A stretch of 42,882 nt of DNA from Candidatus Infernicultor aquiphilus (GCA_001873345.1 MNYY01000051.1:1-42882); one strand, 5' to 3'. Positions 8,453 through 16,048 are shown, counted from the stretch's first letter. A program made the numbers and translations. The notes: generated from the letters alone by a model not told the origin.

Positions 8453-10722
8453 AAATTAGAGAGAATATCATAATCAAAGGTATAGTTCAGGGGGTTGGGT
8501 TTCGCCCCTTTATTAAAAAATTAGTAAAACCTTTCCATCTATACGGGTGGGTGCTTAATTCTAACCAGGGTGTAGAGATTGAGGCAGAAGGAGAAGAAAA
8601 AGAATTAGATAAATTGGTCCAGGACATTTACGAGAAACTTCCCCCTTTAGCTCGTATCGAAAAGATGGAAATTACCAAATTGCCACTTTTAGGTTATAAA
8701 GGATTTTCCATTAAGAAGAGTATAGTTAAAGAAGAAGATAGTTTTGTCTTAGTTTCCCCGGATATTAGTATCTGTGAAGATTGTCTACAAGAATTATTTG
8801 ATCCTCATAATCGACGTTTTCGTTATCCTTTTATAAATTGTACTAATTGTGGCCCCCGTTTTACCATTATAAAAGATATACCCTATGACCGTGAAAAGAC
8901 TACTATGGGCGTTTTTAAGATGTGTCCTCAATGTCAGAATGAGTATGATAATCTGGAAGATAGAAGATGCCATGCTCAACCTAATGCATGTGCTGAGTGT
9001 GGTCCAAAAGTATTTCTTTACCGCAATAAAAGAAAATTAAAAAATATCGATCCTATAAAAGAAGCAATTAGATTATTAAAGAAGGGAAAAATTGGTGCAA
9101 TTAAGGGATTAGGAGGTTTTCATTTAGCCTGCGATGCTACTAACCATAGAGCAGTATCTAAATTACGTCTTTTAAAAAATAGGGAGGCCAAACCTTTTGC
9201 TCTAATGTCTCTCAATTTAGAAAAGATTAAACAATTTTGTGAAGTTAAACCGGAAGAAGAAGCATTGCTGATCAATCGAACTCGGCCCATTGTTCTTTTA
9301 AAAAAGAAGAAGGATAATTTAATTTCGCCAATGGTGGCACCAAACAACAATTATTTGGGAGTGATGTTACCCTATACCCCCCTTCATTATCTTTTATTAA
9401 AAGAAGAAATATTAGCTTTAGTTATGACCAGTGGTAACCTTGGAGATCAACCAATAATTAGTGATAATCAGAAAGCTTTAGAAAAATTAAACCAAATAGC
9501 TGATTTTTATCTTCTATATAATCGAGATATCTTTAACCGTTGTGATGATTCTGTAGTAAAAATTATAAATAATGATAAAGTGTTTTTTCGAAGGTCAAGA
9601 GGATATGTTCCTGACCCTATTATCCTTAACTTCCCATTAAAAGAAGTATTAGCTTTAGGTGGGGAACTAAAAAATACCATTAGTTTTTCTAGAGAAAATT
9701 ATGTTTTTTTAAGTCAGTATTTGGGTGATTTAAAAAATGTAGATACTTTAAATTTTTTTAAAGAAGCTATAGTGAATTTGCAGAAAATATTTAGAGCCAA
9801 CCCTGAAATTATTGCTTGTGATCTCCACCCTGATTATCTATCTACTCAATATGCAGAAGAAATAAGAGCTAAAAAGGGAGTAAAAATAGTCAAAGTTCAG
9901 CATCATCAGGCTCATATAGTAAGTTGTATGGCCGAAAATAATATTACAGAAACAGTGATTGGGGTAGCCTATGATGGTACAGGTTACGGAGATGACGATA
10001 ATGTTTGGGGAGGAGAATTTTTAATCTGCGATTTAAAAAGATATTCCCGAGTAGGTCATTTAAAGTATTTTTCCTTACCTGGGGGAGATAAAGCTATTTT
10101 AGAACCCTGGAGGATAGCTTATAGTTATTTATATTCTATTTATGGCTCAAAAGCCAAGAAAATTAAAATAGATTTTAATCGTAGGATAGAGAACAAAAAA
10201 TTATTGATCATCGAAAAGATGATAGATCAAAAAATAAATTCTCCTCTTACTTCAAGTTGTGGACGTCTTTTTGATGCTATATCTTCCTTATTAGGAATAA
10301 GAGATGAGGTAAGTTACGAGGGACAAGCGGCTATGGAATTAGAATCACTTTGTACGGTCAGAATTAAGGAGAGATATAAATTTAGTATTTATAAAGAAGG
10401 GGAGAAATTTATTATTGATCCTCAAGAAATTTTTATAAATGTAGTTAATGATCTTAAAAAGGGGATAGATAAAAGAGTAATAGCGGTTAAATTTCATAAT
10501 ACTGTTGCAGAATTTACAGTTGATTTATGTGGTAGAATAAGAAAAAAATCCAGTATTAATAAAGTTGCTTTAAGCGGAGGAGTATTTCAAAATCGTTATT
10601 TAACCGAGAAAATCATTTCTCTATTAAAAAAAGATGATTTTCAGGTGTATATTCAGAGAAAAGTTCCTCCCAATGACGGAGGAATATCTTTAGGACAAGC
10701 AGTAGTAGCGGGGAGTGAATAG
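8449..10722 (+). CDS. hypF: Carbamoyltransferase HypF
   Basis: 757-aa ORF. The GTG start overlaps the hypB stop (GTGA). Domains in order: acylphosphatase-like N-terminus (GIVQGVGFRPF), two CxxC zinc-finger pairs, a YrdC-like segment (GLGGFHLACDA) and a Kae1-like C-terminus. Confidence 0.95.
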   Translation: MKIRENIIIKGIVQGVGFRPFIKKLVKPFHLYGWVLNSNQGVEIEAEGEEKELDKLVQDIYEKLPPLARIEKMEITKLPLLGYKGFSIKKSIVKEEDSFVLVSPDISICEDCLQELFDPHNRRFRYPFINCTNCGPRFTIIKDIPYDREKTTMGVFKMCPQCQNEYDNLEDRRCHAQPNACAECGPKVFLYRNKRKLKNIDPIKEAIRLLKKGKIGAIKGLGGFHLACDATNHRAVSKLRLLKNREAKPFALMSLNLEKIKQFCEVKPEEEALLINRTRPIVLLKKKKDNLISPMVAPNNNYLGVMLPYTPLHYLLLKEEILALVMTSGNLGDQPIISDNQKALEKLNQIADFYLLYNRDIFNRCDDSVVKIINNDKVFFRRSRGYVPDPIILNFPLKEVLALGGELKNTISFSRENYVFLSQYLGDLKNVDTLNFFKEAIVNLQKIFRANPEIIACDLHPDYLSTQYAEEIRAKKGVKIVKVQHHQAHIVSCMAENNITETVIGVAYDGTGYGDDDNVWGGEFLICDLKRYSRVGHLKYFSLPGGDKAILEPWRIAYSYLYSIYGSKAKKIKIDFNRRIENKKLLIIEKMIDQKINSPLTSSCGRLFDAISSLLGIRDEVSYEGQAAMELESLCTVRIKERYKFSIYKEGEKFIIDPQEIFINVVNDLKKGIDKRVIAVKFHNTVAEFTVDLCGRIRKKSSINKVALSGGVFQNRYLTEKIISLLKKDDFQVYIQRKVPPNDGGISLGQAVVAGSE

Positions 10723-10729
10723 CGTATAG

Positions 10730-10811
10730 AATACAGTGATAAGTAATGAGTAATGTGTGAATAGTGACAAGTTTCGGGTTACAGGTTACTTGTTACATAT
10801 TAAACATTACA
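10730..10811. repeat. Quasi-palindrome made of M3 reverse (10730-10772) and M3 forward (10786-10811)
   Basis: AATACAGTGATAAGTAATGAGTAATGTGTGAATAGTGACAAGT ... TTACTTGTTACATATTAAACATTACA. The arms are imperfectly complementary around centre TTCGGGTTACAGG. Confidence 0.8.
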
Positions 10812-10818
10812 TAGCTTA

Positions 10819-10865
10819 TTGGTTAATCGGTGAATTGGTAAATCGGTCAATTGGTGAATTGAATT
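10819..10865 (+). repeat. Module M1: octamer array (GGTNAATY)n, forward
   Basis: TTGGTTAATCGGTGAATTGGTAAATCGGTCAATTGGTGAATTGAATT. It runs into the hypC SD. Confidence 0.9.
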
Positions 10866-10878
10866 AGAGGTGAAGAAA

Positions 10879-11094
10879 ATGTGTTTAGCGATACCGGGAA
10901 GAGTTAAGAAAATATTTAATGATCATACCGCCGAAATAGAAATTGGGGGAATTATCAAAAGAGCAAGTTTAGATCTAATTCCCAAAGTTGAAGTGGGAGA
11001 GTATGTACTTTTGCATGCTGGTTTTGCTATTGAAGTAATCAATCAAATAGAGGCTTTAAAAATATTTGAGGCTTGGGAGGGTAAAATAGATTGA
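10879..11094 (+). CDS. hypC: Hydrogenase maturation chaperone HypC
   Basis: I start it at ATG 10879, giving the canonical MCLAIPG N-terminus (essential Cys2), with AGAGGTGA 6 nt upstream. The track's GTG at 10870 adds MKK. Confidence 0.9.
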   Translation: MCLAIPGRVKKIFNDHTAEIEIGGIIKRASLDLIPKVEVGEYVLLHAGFAIEVINQIEALKIFEAWEGKID

Positions 11095-12191
11095 AATATA
11101 TTGATGAGTATAGGGATAAAAGAATAGCTCAAAACATCTTACAAAAAATTAATATTATTTCCAAAAAAAAGGTAAATTTAATGGAAGTTTGTGGAACCCA
11201 CACGGTAGCTATATTCAGAAATGATATCAAAAAAATATTACCTACCAATATTAATCTTATTTCTGGGCCGGGTTGCCCAGTATGTGTTACTCCCGTTTCC
11301 CATATTGATGAGATAATTAGTTTATCCCGAAAAGAAGATTTTATTATAACTACTTTTGGAGATATGATCAGGATTCCAGGTTCTACTTCTACTTTAGAGA
11401 AAGAAAAAACTAATAGTGCAGACATTAGAATTGTTTATTCTACTTTAGATGCTTTAAAAATTGCCCAAAATAATCCTTCCCAAGAGGTTATTTTTATGGG
11501 GGTGGGTTTTGAGACAACTTCTCCTACTATAGCCAGTGCAATATTAAAAGCCCAAGAAGGTAAAATTAATAATTTTTCTGTTTTGAGTGTAGCCAAGATT
11601 ATGCCTCCAGTAATGAAAGCTTTATTAGAAAGTAAAGAGGTAAATATTGATGGGTTTATTTGCCCCGGACATGTAAGTGCCATTATTGGGAGTCAACCTT
11701 TTAATTTTATTGCTGCTCAGTATGGAGTTCCTTGTGTCATCTGCGGATTTGAACCATTAGATATTTTAGAAGGTATTTATATGCTTATTAATCAAATTGA
11801 AAATGATAAAGCAGAAGTGGAAATTCAATATAAACGCGTAGTTAAACCAGAAGGGAATAGGATTGCCCTAGAGAGAATTAATGAGGTATTTAAAGTGGTT
11901 GATTCTAATTGGAGAGGGATAGGCAATATCCACCATAGTGGTTTAGAGATAAAAGATAAATATAATCAGCATAATGCCAGAAGATTTAAAGTGGAAATAG
12001 AAGAAACTAAAGAACCAAGAGGATGTCGTTGTGGCGAAGTCTTAAGGGGAATAATTATTCCTCCTGAATGTCCTCTCTTTGGAGAGATTTGTACCCCTGA
12101 AGACCCCCAAGGTGCTTGTATGGTTTCCAGTGAAGGCACCTGTGCCGCCTATTATAAATACAGTAGGGGCAGACCTTGTGTCTGCCCGTAA
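11091..12191 (+). CDS. hypD: Hydrogenase maturation Fe-S protein HypD; last 9 codons and stop supplied by a REP
   Basis: 366-aa ORF. The TTG start overlaps the hypC stop (TTGA). MKYIDEYRD, CGTHT, GPGCPVCV and the C-terminal CxxxP region match HypD. The C-terminal SRGRPCVCP-stop is REP-encoded, identical to the tail of ORF 7261-7698. Confidence 0.9.
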   Translation: MKYIDEYRDKRIAQNILQKINIISKKKVNLMEVCGTHTVAIFRNDIKKILPTNINLISGPGCPVCVTPVSHIDEIISLSRKEDFIITTFGDMIRIPGSTSTLEKEKTNSADIRIVYSTLDALKIAQNNPSQEVIFMGVGFETTSPTIASAILKAQEGKINNFSVLSVAKIMPPVMKALLESKEVNIDGFICPGHVSAIIGSQPFNFIAAQYGVPCVICGFEPLDILEGIYMLINQIENDKAEVEIQYKRVVKPEGNRIALERINEVFKVVDSNWRGIGNIHHSGLEIKDKYNQHNARRFKVEIEETKEPRGCRCGEVLRGIIIPPECPLFGEICTPEDPQGACMVSSEGTCAAYYKYSRGRPCVCP

Positions 12192-12240
12192 TAAGGCAGA
12201 CCTTGTGTCTGCCCGTAAAAAGGTAGATCCTGTATCTACC
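12163..12240 (+). repeat. Three tandem REP-type hairpins (full REP, 5'-truncated REP, diverged variant)
   Basis: 12163-12188 is GTAGGGGCAGACCTTGTGTCTGCCCG. 12195-12215 is GGCAGACCTTGTGTCTGCCCG. 12222-12240 is GGTAGATCCTGTATCTACC, with two compensatory C:G to T:A stem changes. Confidence 0.9.
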
Positions 12241-12257
12241 TTTAACAGGTTTAGGAG

Positions 12258-12875
12258 ATGTTGTCCATGAACATTAAAAATAAGAAGTGTAATCGTCAGT
12301 CTATTCGTCTTCATGGATACAATTATTCCTATCCTGGAGCATATTTTATAACCATATGTACCCCAGAACAGAAAATGTTGTTAAAATTTAAATATGTGCA
12401 GGTAATGATTCATTCTGTTTGGAATAGTTTACCCGATAGATTTCCTTCTGTAAAATTAGATGAATTTGTAATAATGCCAAATCACGTGCATGCAATTTTG
12501 TGTATAAATATAGTAGGGGCAGACCTTGTGTCTGCCCGTAATAAGGCAGACCTTTTGTCTGCCCCACCGCTTAGTCGTATTATTCAAGCATTTAAATCAA
12601 TTACAACTTATAAATATATTTTAGGGGTGAAAATAAATAATTGGCCAATGTTCAATAAACGCCTATGGCAACGGAATTATTATGACCATATAATACGTAG
12701 CGAGGAATCGTTGAATTGCATTAGAGAATATATTATTAATAATCCAACTCGATGGGAATTTGATAAGGAAAATCCTCGGGGTAAAATAGATAAAAAAGAG
12801 GAAGATTTTTGGAAGGAAATACACTCTCAACCTAAAATTAGGGCAGACATAAAGTCTGCCCCTACAAGGCGTTAA
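12258..12875 (+). CDS. REP-associated tyrosine transposase (RAYT, IS200/IS605 Y1 HUH family)
   Basis: 205-aa ORF. A start at ATG 12267 is more likely, 9 nt after AGGAG. SIRLHGYNYSYPGAYFITICT, the HUH motif MPNHVHAIL (HVH at 12483-12491) and LWQRNYYDHIIRSEESL...YIINNP are family hallmarks. REP DNA lies inside the ORF and at its 3' end. Confidence 0.8.
   Translation: MLSMNIKNKKCNRQSIRLHGYNYSYPGAYFITICTPEQKMLLKFKYVQVMIHSVWNSLPDRFPSVKLDEFVIMPNHVHAILCINIVGADLVSARNKADLLSAPPLSRIIQAFKSITTYKYILGVKINNWPMFNKRLWQRNYYDHIIRSEESLNCIREYIINNPTRWEFDKENPRGKIDKKEEDFWKEIHSQPKIRADIKSAPTRR
12513..12565 (+). repeat. REP doublet inside the RAYT coding sequence
   Basis: 12503-12564 matches 12153-12214 at 60 of 62 positions. 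Here it is read in another frame, as VGADLVSARNKADLLSAP. Confidence 0.9.
12841..12865 (-). repeat. REP, inverted orientation, forming the RAYT 3' end
   Basis: GGGCAGACATAAAGTCTGCCCCTAC. The stem is identical to the REP stem but the loop differs. It encodes RADIKSAPT. Confidence 0.85.
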
Positions 12876-12924
12876 TAGCAAAAATCCAAGGAAATAAAAT
12901 TAACGAATGGAAGGGAAAAAAATA

Positions 12925-13935
12925 ATGAAGGAAGATAAAATATTGCTAAGTCATGGTAGCGGAGGTAAATTATCTTATAAGCTAATCAAGGAATTATTTT
13001 TAGCTAATTTTAATAATAATTATTTGAAAAAACTTGATGATGGTGCGATATTAAATATAGATGGATTAAATTTGGCTTATACTACTGATTCTTATACCGT
13101 GGACCCTTTGTTTTTTAAAGGAGGGAATATTGGAGAGTTAGCAGTTTATGGTACAGTTAATGATTTAGCAATGTGTGGAGCAACCCCTTTATATTTAAGT
13201 TGTTCTTTTATTATTGAAGAGGGGATGCCTTTAAGTTTATTAGAGAAGATTGTCTTCAGTATGAAAAAAGCCTCAGCGATTGCCAGAGTAGATATTGTAA
13301 CTGGAGATACTAAAGTAGTGAATAAAGGAGCGGCAGATAAAATATTTATTAATACTTCAGGTTTGGGAGTAGTGGAAGATGGAGTAAATGTTTCTGGAAG
13401 TAATGCTCAATTAGGAGATATAATTATCATAAATGGTCCTATAGGCAATCACGGGATTGCGGTTTTATCAGAAAGGGAAGGCTTAAAATTTGAAACAGAG
13501 ATCCAAAGTGATACTGCTCCACTTTCTTCTTTAGTCGCAGATATATTAAAAGTTAGTAAAGATATTCATGTCCTAAGAGATCCTACTCGGGGAGGTTTGG
13601 CTACTACTTTAAAGGAGATAGCTCTATCTTCAAAAGTAGATCTAGAAATAAATGAAGAAGATATCTATATTCAGGAAGAGGTAAGAGCAGCATGTGAAAT
13701 ATTAGGTTACGACCCCTTATACCTGGCCAATGAAGGAAAATTGGTAGCCTTTGTTCCATTAGAGATGGTTTCTGATATCTTAATAAAGATGAGAAAAAAT
13801 AAATATGGTAAAGAATCAAAAGTTATTGGGAAAGTATTAAAAAGTTCAGAAGGAAAAGTTTATCTTAATACTATCATTGGTGGAAAAAGAATAGTCGATA
13901 TGCTAACTGGTGAACAATTGCCCAGGATATGTTAG
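12925..13935 (+). CDS. hypE: Hydrogenase maturation carbamoyl dehydratase HypE
   Basis: AIR-synthase-like fold motifs (SHGSGG, DDGA, GTVNDLAMCGA) and the invariant C-terminal PRIC. ATG 12925 is preferred because GGAAGGGA lies upstream. The track start at 12907 is also possible. Confidence 0.9.
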   Translation: MKEDKILLSHGSGGKLSYKLIKELFLANFNNNYLKKLDDGAILNIDGLNLAYTTDSYTVDPLFFKGGNIGELAVYGTVNDLAMCGATPLYLSCSFIIEEGMPLSLLEKIVFSMKKASAIARVDIVTGDTKVVNKGAADKIFINTSGLGVVEDGVNVSGSNAQLGDIIIINGPIGNHGIAVLSEREGLKFETEIQSDTAPLSSLVADILKVSKDIHVLRDPTRGGLATTLKEIALSSKVDLEINEEDIYIQEEVRAACEILGYDPLYLANEGKLVAFVPLEMVSDILIKMRKNKYGKESKVIGKVLKSSEGKVYLNTIIGGKRIVDMLTGEQLPRIC

Positions 13936-13973
13936 TCAATTAACCTATTCCCCAATTCACTAATTCACCAATT
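13936..13973 (-). repeat. Module M1 octamer array, reverse complement, starting 1 nt after the hypE stop
   Basis: TCAATTAACCTATTCCCCAATTCACTAATTCACCAATT is the complement of the AATTGG-type octamers. Confidence 0.9.
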
Positions 13974-14075
13974 AAAATTAGATAGCATACTAAAGATGAT
14001 AATTTAATAGCAGGATTTTTTTATAATTCGTCGAATAAAATGTATAATAAATAACGTATAAGGAGCAGCATATAG

Positions 14076-14167
14076 AAATACAGTGATAGGTAATATGTAA
14101 TGAGTAATGAGTTAATGTTTTAAGTTTAAAAAAAACAGATTACTTTTCACATATTACAGATTACACG
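14076..14167. repeat. Quasi-palindrome made of M3 reverse (14076-14117) and M3-like forward (14136-14167)
   Basis: AAATACAGTGATAGGTAATATGTAATGAGTAATGAGTTAATG ... CAGATTACTTTTCACATATTACAGATTACACG. Confidence 0.75.
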
Positions 14168-14192
14168 ACTTGCTGGAGGACCGGGAAACTTG

Positions 14193-14256
14193 CTAATTAA
14201 ACTAATTGGGTAATTGGCCAATAGGAGAATTGGTGAATTGATATATTGGTAAATTT
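14193..14256 (+). repeat. Module M1 octamer array, forward
   Basis: CTAATTAAACTAATTGGGTAATTGGCCAATAGGAGAATTGGTGAATTGATATATTGGTAAATTT. It ends 20 nt before ATG 14277. Confidence 0.9.
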
Positions 14257-14276
14257 TTATAAAGGTGGTTATAAAT

Positions 14277-14801
14277 ATGAAAGATAAAAAGGAAAGTGCT
14301 TATGTTAGATTAGCACGAGAGACAATTGAAAATTATATAAAATATGGAAATATAATTTCTCCTCCCCAAGATTTACCTGAAGAGATAATAAATCAAAAGG
14401 CTGGAGCATTTGTTTCTCTTAAAAAATATGGAAATTTAAGAGGATGTATCGGTACTTTTTTACCGACTGAAGAAAATATAGTTGCTGAGATTATCAGAAA
14501 TGCTATTAGTGCAGCTACTGGTGACCCTCGTTTCCCTCCAGTAACGATTTCTGAATTAAATGATTTAACTATTTCAGTTGATATTTTATCTCCTCCCGAA
14601 GAAGTTGAGGATATCTCCCAACTTAACCCCAAGAAATATGGGGTAATTGTAAGTAGCGGTTTTAAAAAAGGATTGCTATTGCCTGATTTAGAAGGTGTAG
14701 ATACAGTAGAGGAGCAGATTGATATTACTAAACGTAAAGCGGGTATTTATCCTGGTGAGAAAGTAAAATTGTATCGATTTGAAGTAAAAAGATATTATTA
14801 A
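14277..14801 (+). CDS. AMMECR1 domain protein (AmmeMemoRadiSam system protein A)
   Basis: [20 protein letters not shown] and DPRFPPV are AMMECR1 signatures. ATG 14277 is preferred because AAGGTGG lies upstream. The track start is GTG 14265. Confidence 0.85.
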   Translation: MKDKKESAYVRLARETIENYIKYGNIISPPQDLPEEIINQKAGAFVSLKKYGNLRGCIGTFLPTEENIVAEIIRNAISAATGDPRFPPVTISELNDLTISVDILSPPEEVEDISQLNPKKYGVIVSSGFKKGLLLPDLEGVDTVEEQIDITKRKAGIYPGEKVKLYRFEVKRYY

Positions 14802-14802
14802 A

Positions 14803-14863
14803 TTCGTATCTCGTATTTCGTGAATCGTATCTCGTAAATAAAATAGAATCCAGAATCCAGAAT
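14803..14863 (-). repeat. Module M2 reverse (14803-14838) followed by module M5 heptamers (14843-14863)
   Basis: TTCGTATCTCGTATTTCGTGAATCGTATCTCG is the reverse complement of 26607-26638 at 31 of 32 positions. ATAGAATCCAGAATCCAGAAT follows. Confidence 0.9.
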
Positions 14864-14889
14864 AATAAATAAATTAGAGCGTTTAGGAG

Positions 14890-14961
14890 GTAGGGGCTCG
14901 ATTCATCGAGCCCGCTTGGGAAGTTACCAAACAATGCGGGTCGAATAAATTCGACCCCTAC
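14890..14961. repeat. GC-rich hairpin pair H2 + H3 bracketed by GTAG...CTAC
   Basis: GTAGGGGCTCGATTCATCGAGCCCGC ... GGGTCGAATAAATTCGACCCCTAC. Paralogues are at 32027-32083 and 36274-36330. H2 alone occurs at 30667-30692. Confidence 0.9.
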
Positions 14962-14984
14962 TCCAAAATTAGAGCTCCCAATGA

Positions 14985-15031
14985 CTAACGACTAATAGAC
15001 AGGCGAGACGCCTGTCCTACTAACGACTAAT
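14985..15031 (+). repeat. Hairpin H4 (GACAGGCG-AGA-CGCCTGTC) flanked by an 11-bp direct repeat TAACGACTAAT (module M4)
   Basis: CTAACGACTAAT-AGACAGGCGAGACGCCTGTCCTAC-TAACGACTAAT. H4 recurs at 30757-30781 and, inverted, at 42626-42650. Confidence 0.9.
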
Positions 15032-15049
15032 TAAGAGGTGATTACTTAA

Positions 15050-16048
15050 ATGAAAGAGGCTTTATTTTACGAATTAGTGGATCAAGAAAAAGGGGTCATA
15101 AAATGTCTGCTTTGTCCTAAAGAATGTTTAATAAAGAAAGACCAGGTTGGTTTTTGCCGAGCTCGTAAAAATATAAATAATAAACTTTATTCTTTAATCT
15201 ATTCTAAAATTTCTTCCTATGGAATGGATCCCATTGAAAAAAAACCACTTTATCATTTTTATCCCGGAATAATGGTTTTATCTCTGGGTACCATAGGATG
15301 CAATTTATCTTGTGACTTTTGTCAGAACTGGACTATTTCTCAGGCAAATATAAAAGATGTGTCAGTAGAAGAGTTATCACCTGAAAAGGCTGTGCAATTA
15401 GCTCTTCAGAATAATTCCCCAGCGATTGCCTACACCTATTCTGAACCATTAATCTGGTATGAATACGTGCTGGATACCGCGAAATTAGCGAAGAAAAATA
15501 ATTTAAAAAATATATTGGTTACCAATGGATTTATTAATTATGAACCTCTCCTTAAAATTCTTCCTTTTATAGATGCTTTGAACATTGACCTTAAATCTTT
15601 TCGAAATTCTTTCTATCAAAAATATTGCCAAGGAAAATTGTCTCCTGTACTACGTACTATCGAGCTTTCTAAAGAATATTGCCATCTAGAAATAACCAAT
15701 CTAATTATCCCTGGTTTGAATGATAGCGAAGAGGAAATTAAAGAGATGGTGGATTGGATTTCTTCTTTAAATGAAGAAATACCTTTGCATTTTTCTCGCT
15801 ATTTTCCTTGTTATAAGATGAATATTTCGGCAACCCCCATTTCCACATTGTATAAAGCTCGGGAGATTGCTCAAAAAAAATTGAAATATGTATATCTAGG
15901 TAATATATGGGATGAGGAAGCTAACGCCACTTATTGTGGTAACTGTAAGACACTTTTGATTAAAAGAACAGGTTATAATATTATTAATTTGGGCTTGGAT
16001 GAAGATGGAAAATGCAGACATTGTGGTGAAAAAGTAGTTCATCTTTAG
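15050..16048 (+). CDS. AmmeMemoRadiSam system radical SAM enzyme
   Basis: 332-aa ORF with AAGAGGTGA upstream. It has an N-terminal CxxCxxxC...C region, DPIEKKPLYHF and the radical-SAM motif GCNLSCDFCQNW. Its partner is the adjacent AMMECR1 gene. Confidence 0.85.
   Translation: MKEALFYELVDQEKGVIKCLLCPKECLIKKDQVGFCRARKNINNKLYSLIYSKISSYGMDPIEKKPLYHFYPGIMVLSLGTIGCNLSCDFCQNWTISQANIKDVSVEELSPEKAVQLALQNNSPAIAYTYSEPLIWYEYVLDTAKLAKKNNLKNILVTNGFINYEPLLKILPFIDALNIDLKSFRNSFYQKYCQGKLSPVLRTIELSKEYCHLEITNLIIPGLNDSEEEIKEMVDWISSLNEEIPLHFSRYFPCYKMNISATPISTLYKAREIAQKKLKYVYLGNIWDEEANATYCGNCKTLLIKRTGYNIINLGLDEDGKCRHCGEKVVHL

Larger units (their letters stand above)
12163..12865 (+). mobile_element. REP-RAYT-REP unit inserted between hypD and hypE
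   Basis: A RAYT ORF is bracketed by forward REPs on the left (12163-12240) and an inverted REP on the right (12841-12865). This is the arrangement described for REP-associated tyrosine transposases. Confidence 0.75.

Noticed and set aside
12042-12314. ORFs 12079-12270 (+) and 12042-12314 (-) in the hypD-RAYT junction
   Set aside because: Both are read-through of the REP triplet (VGADLVSARNKADLVSAR.. and its antisense). Neither has an SD or family resemblance, and both overlap hypD.
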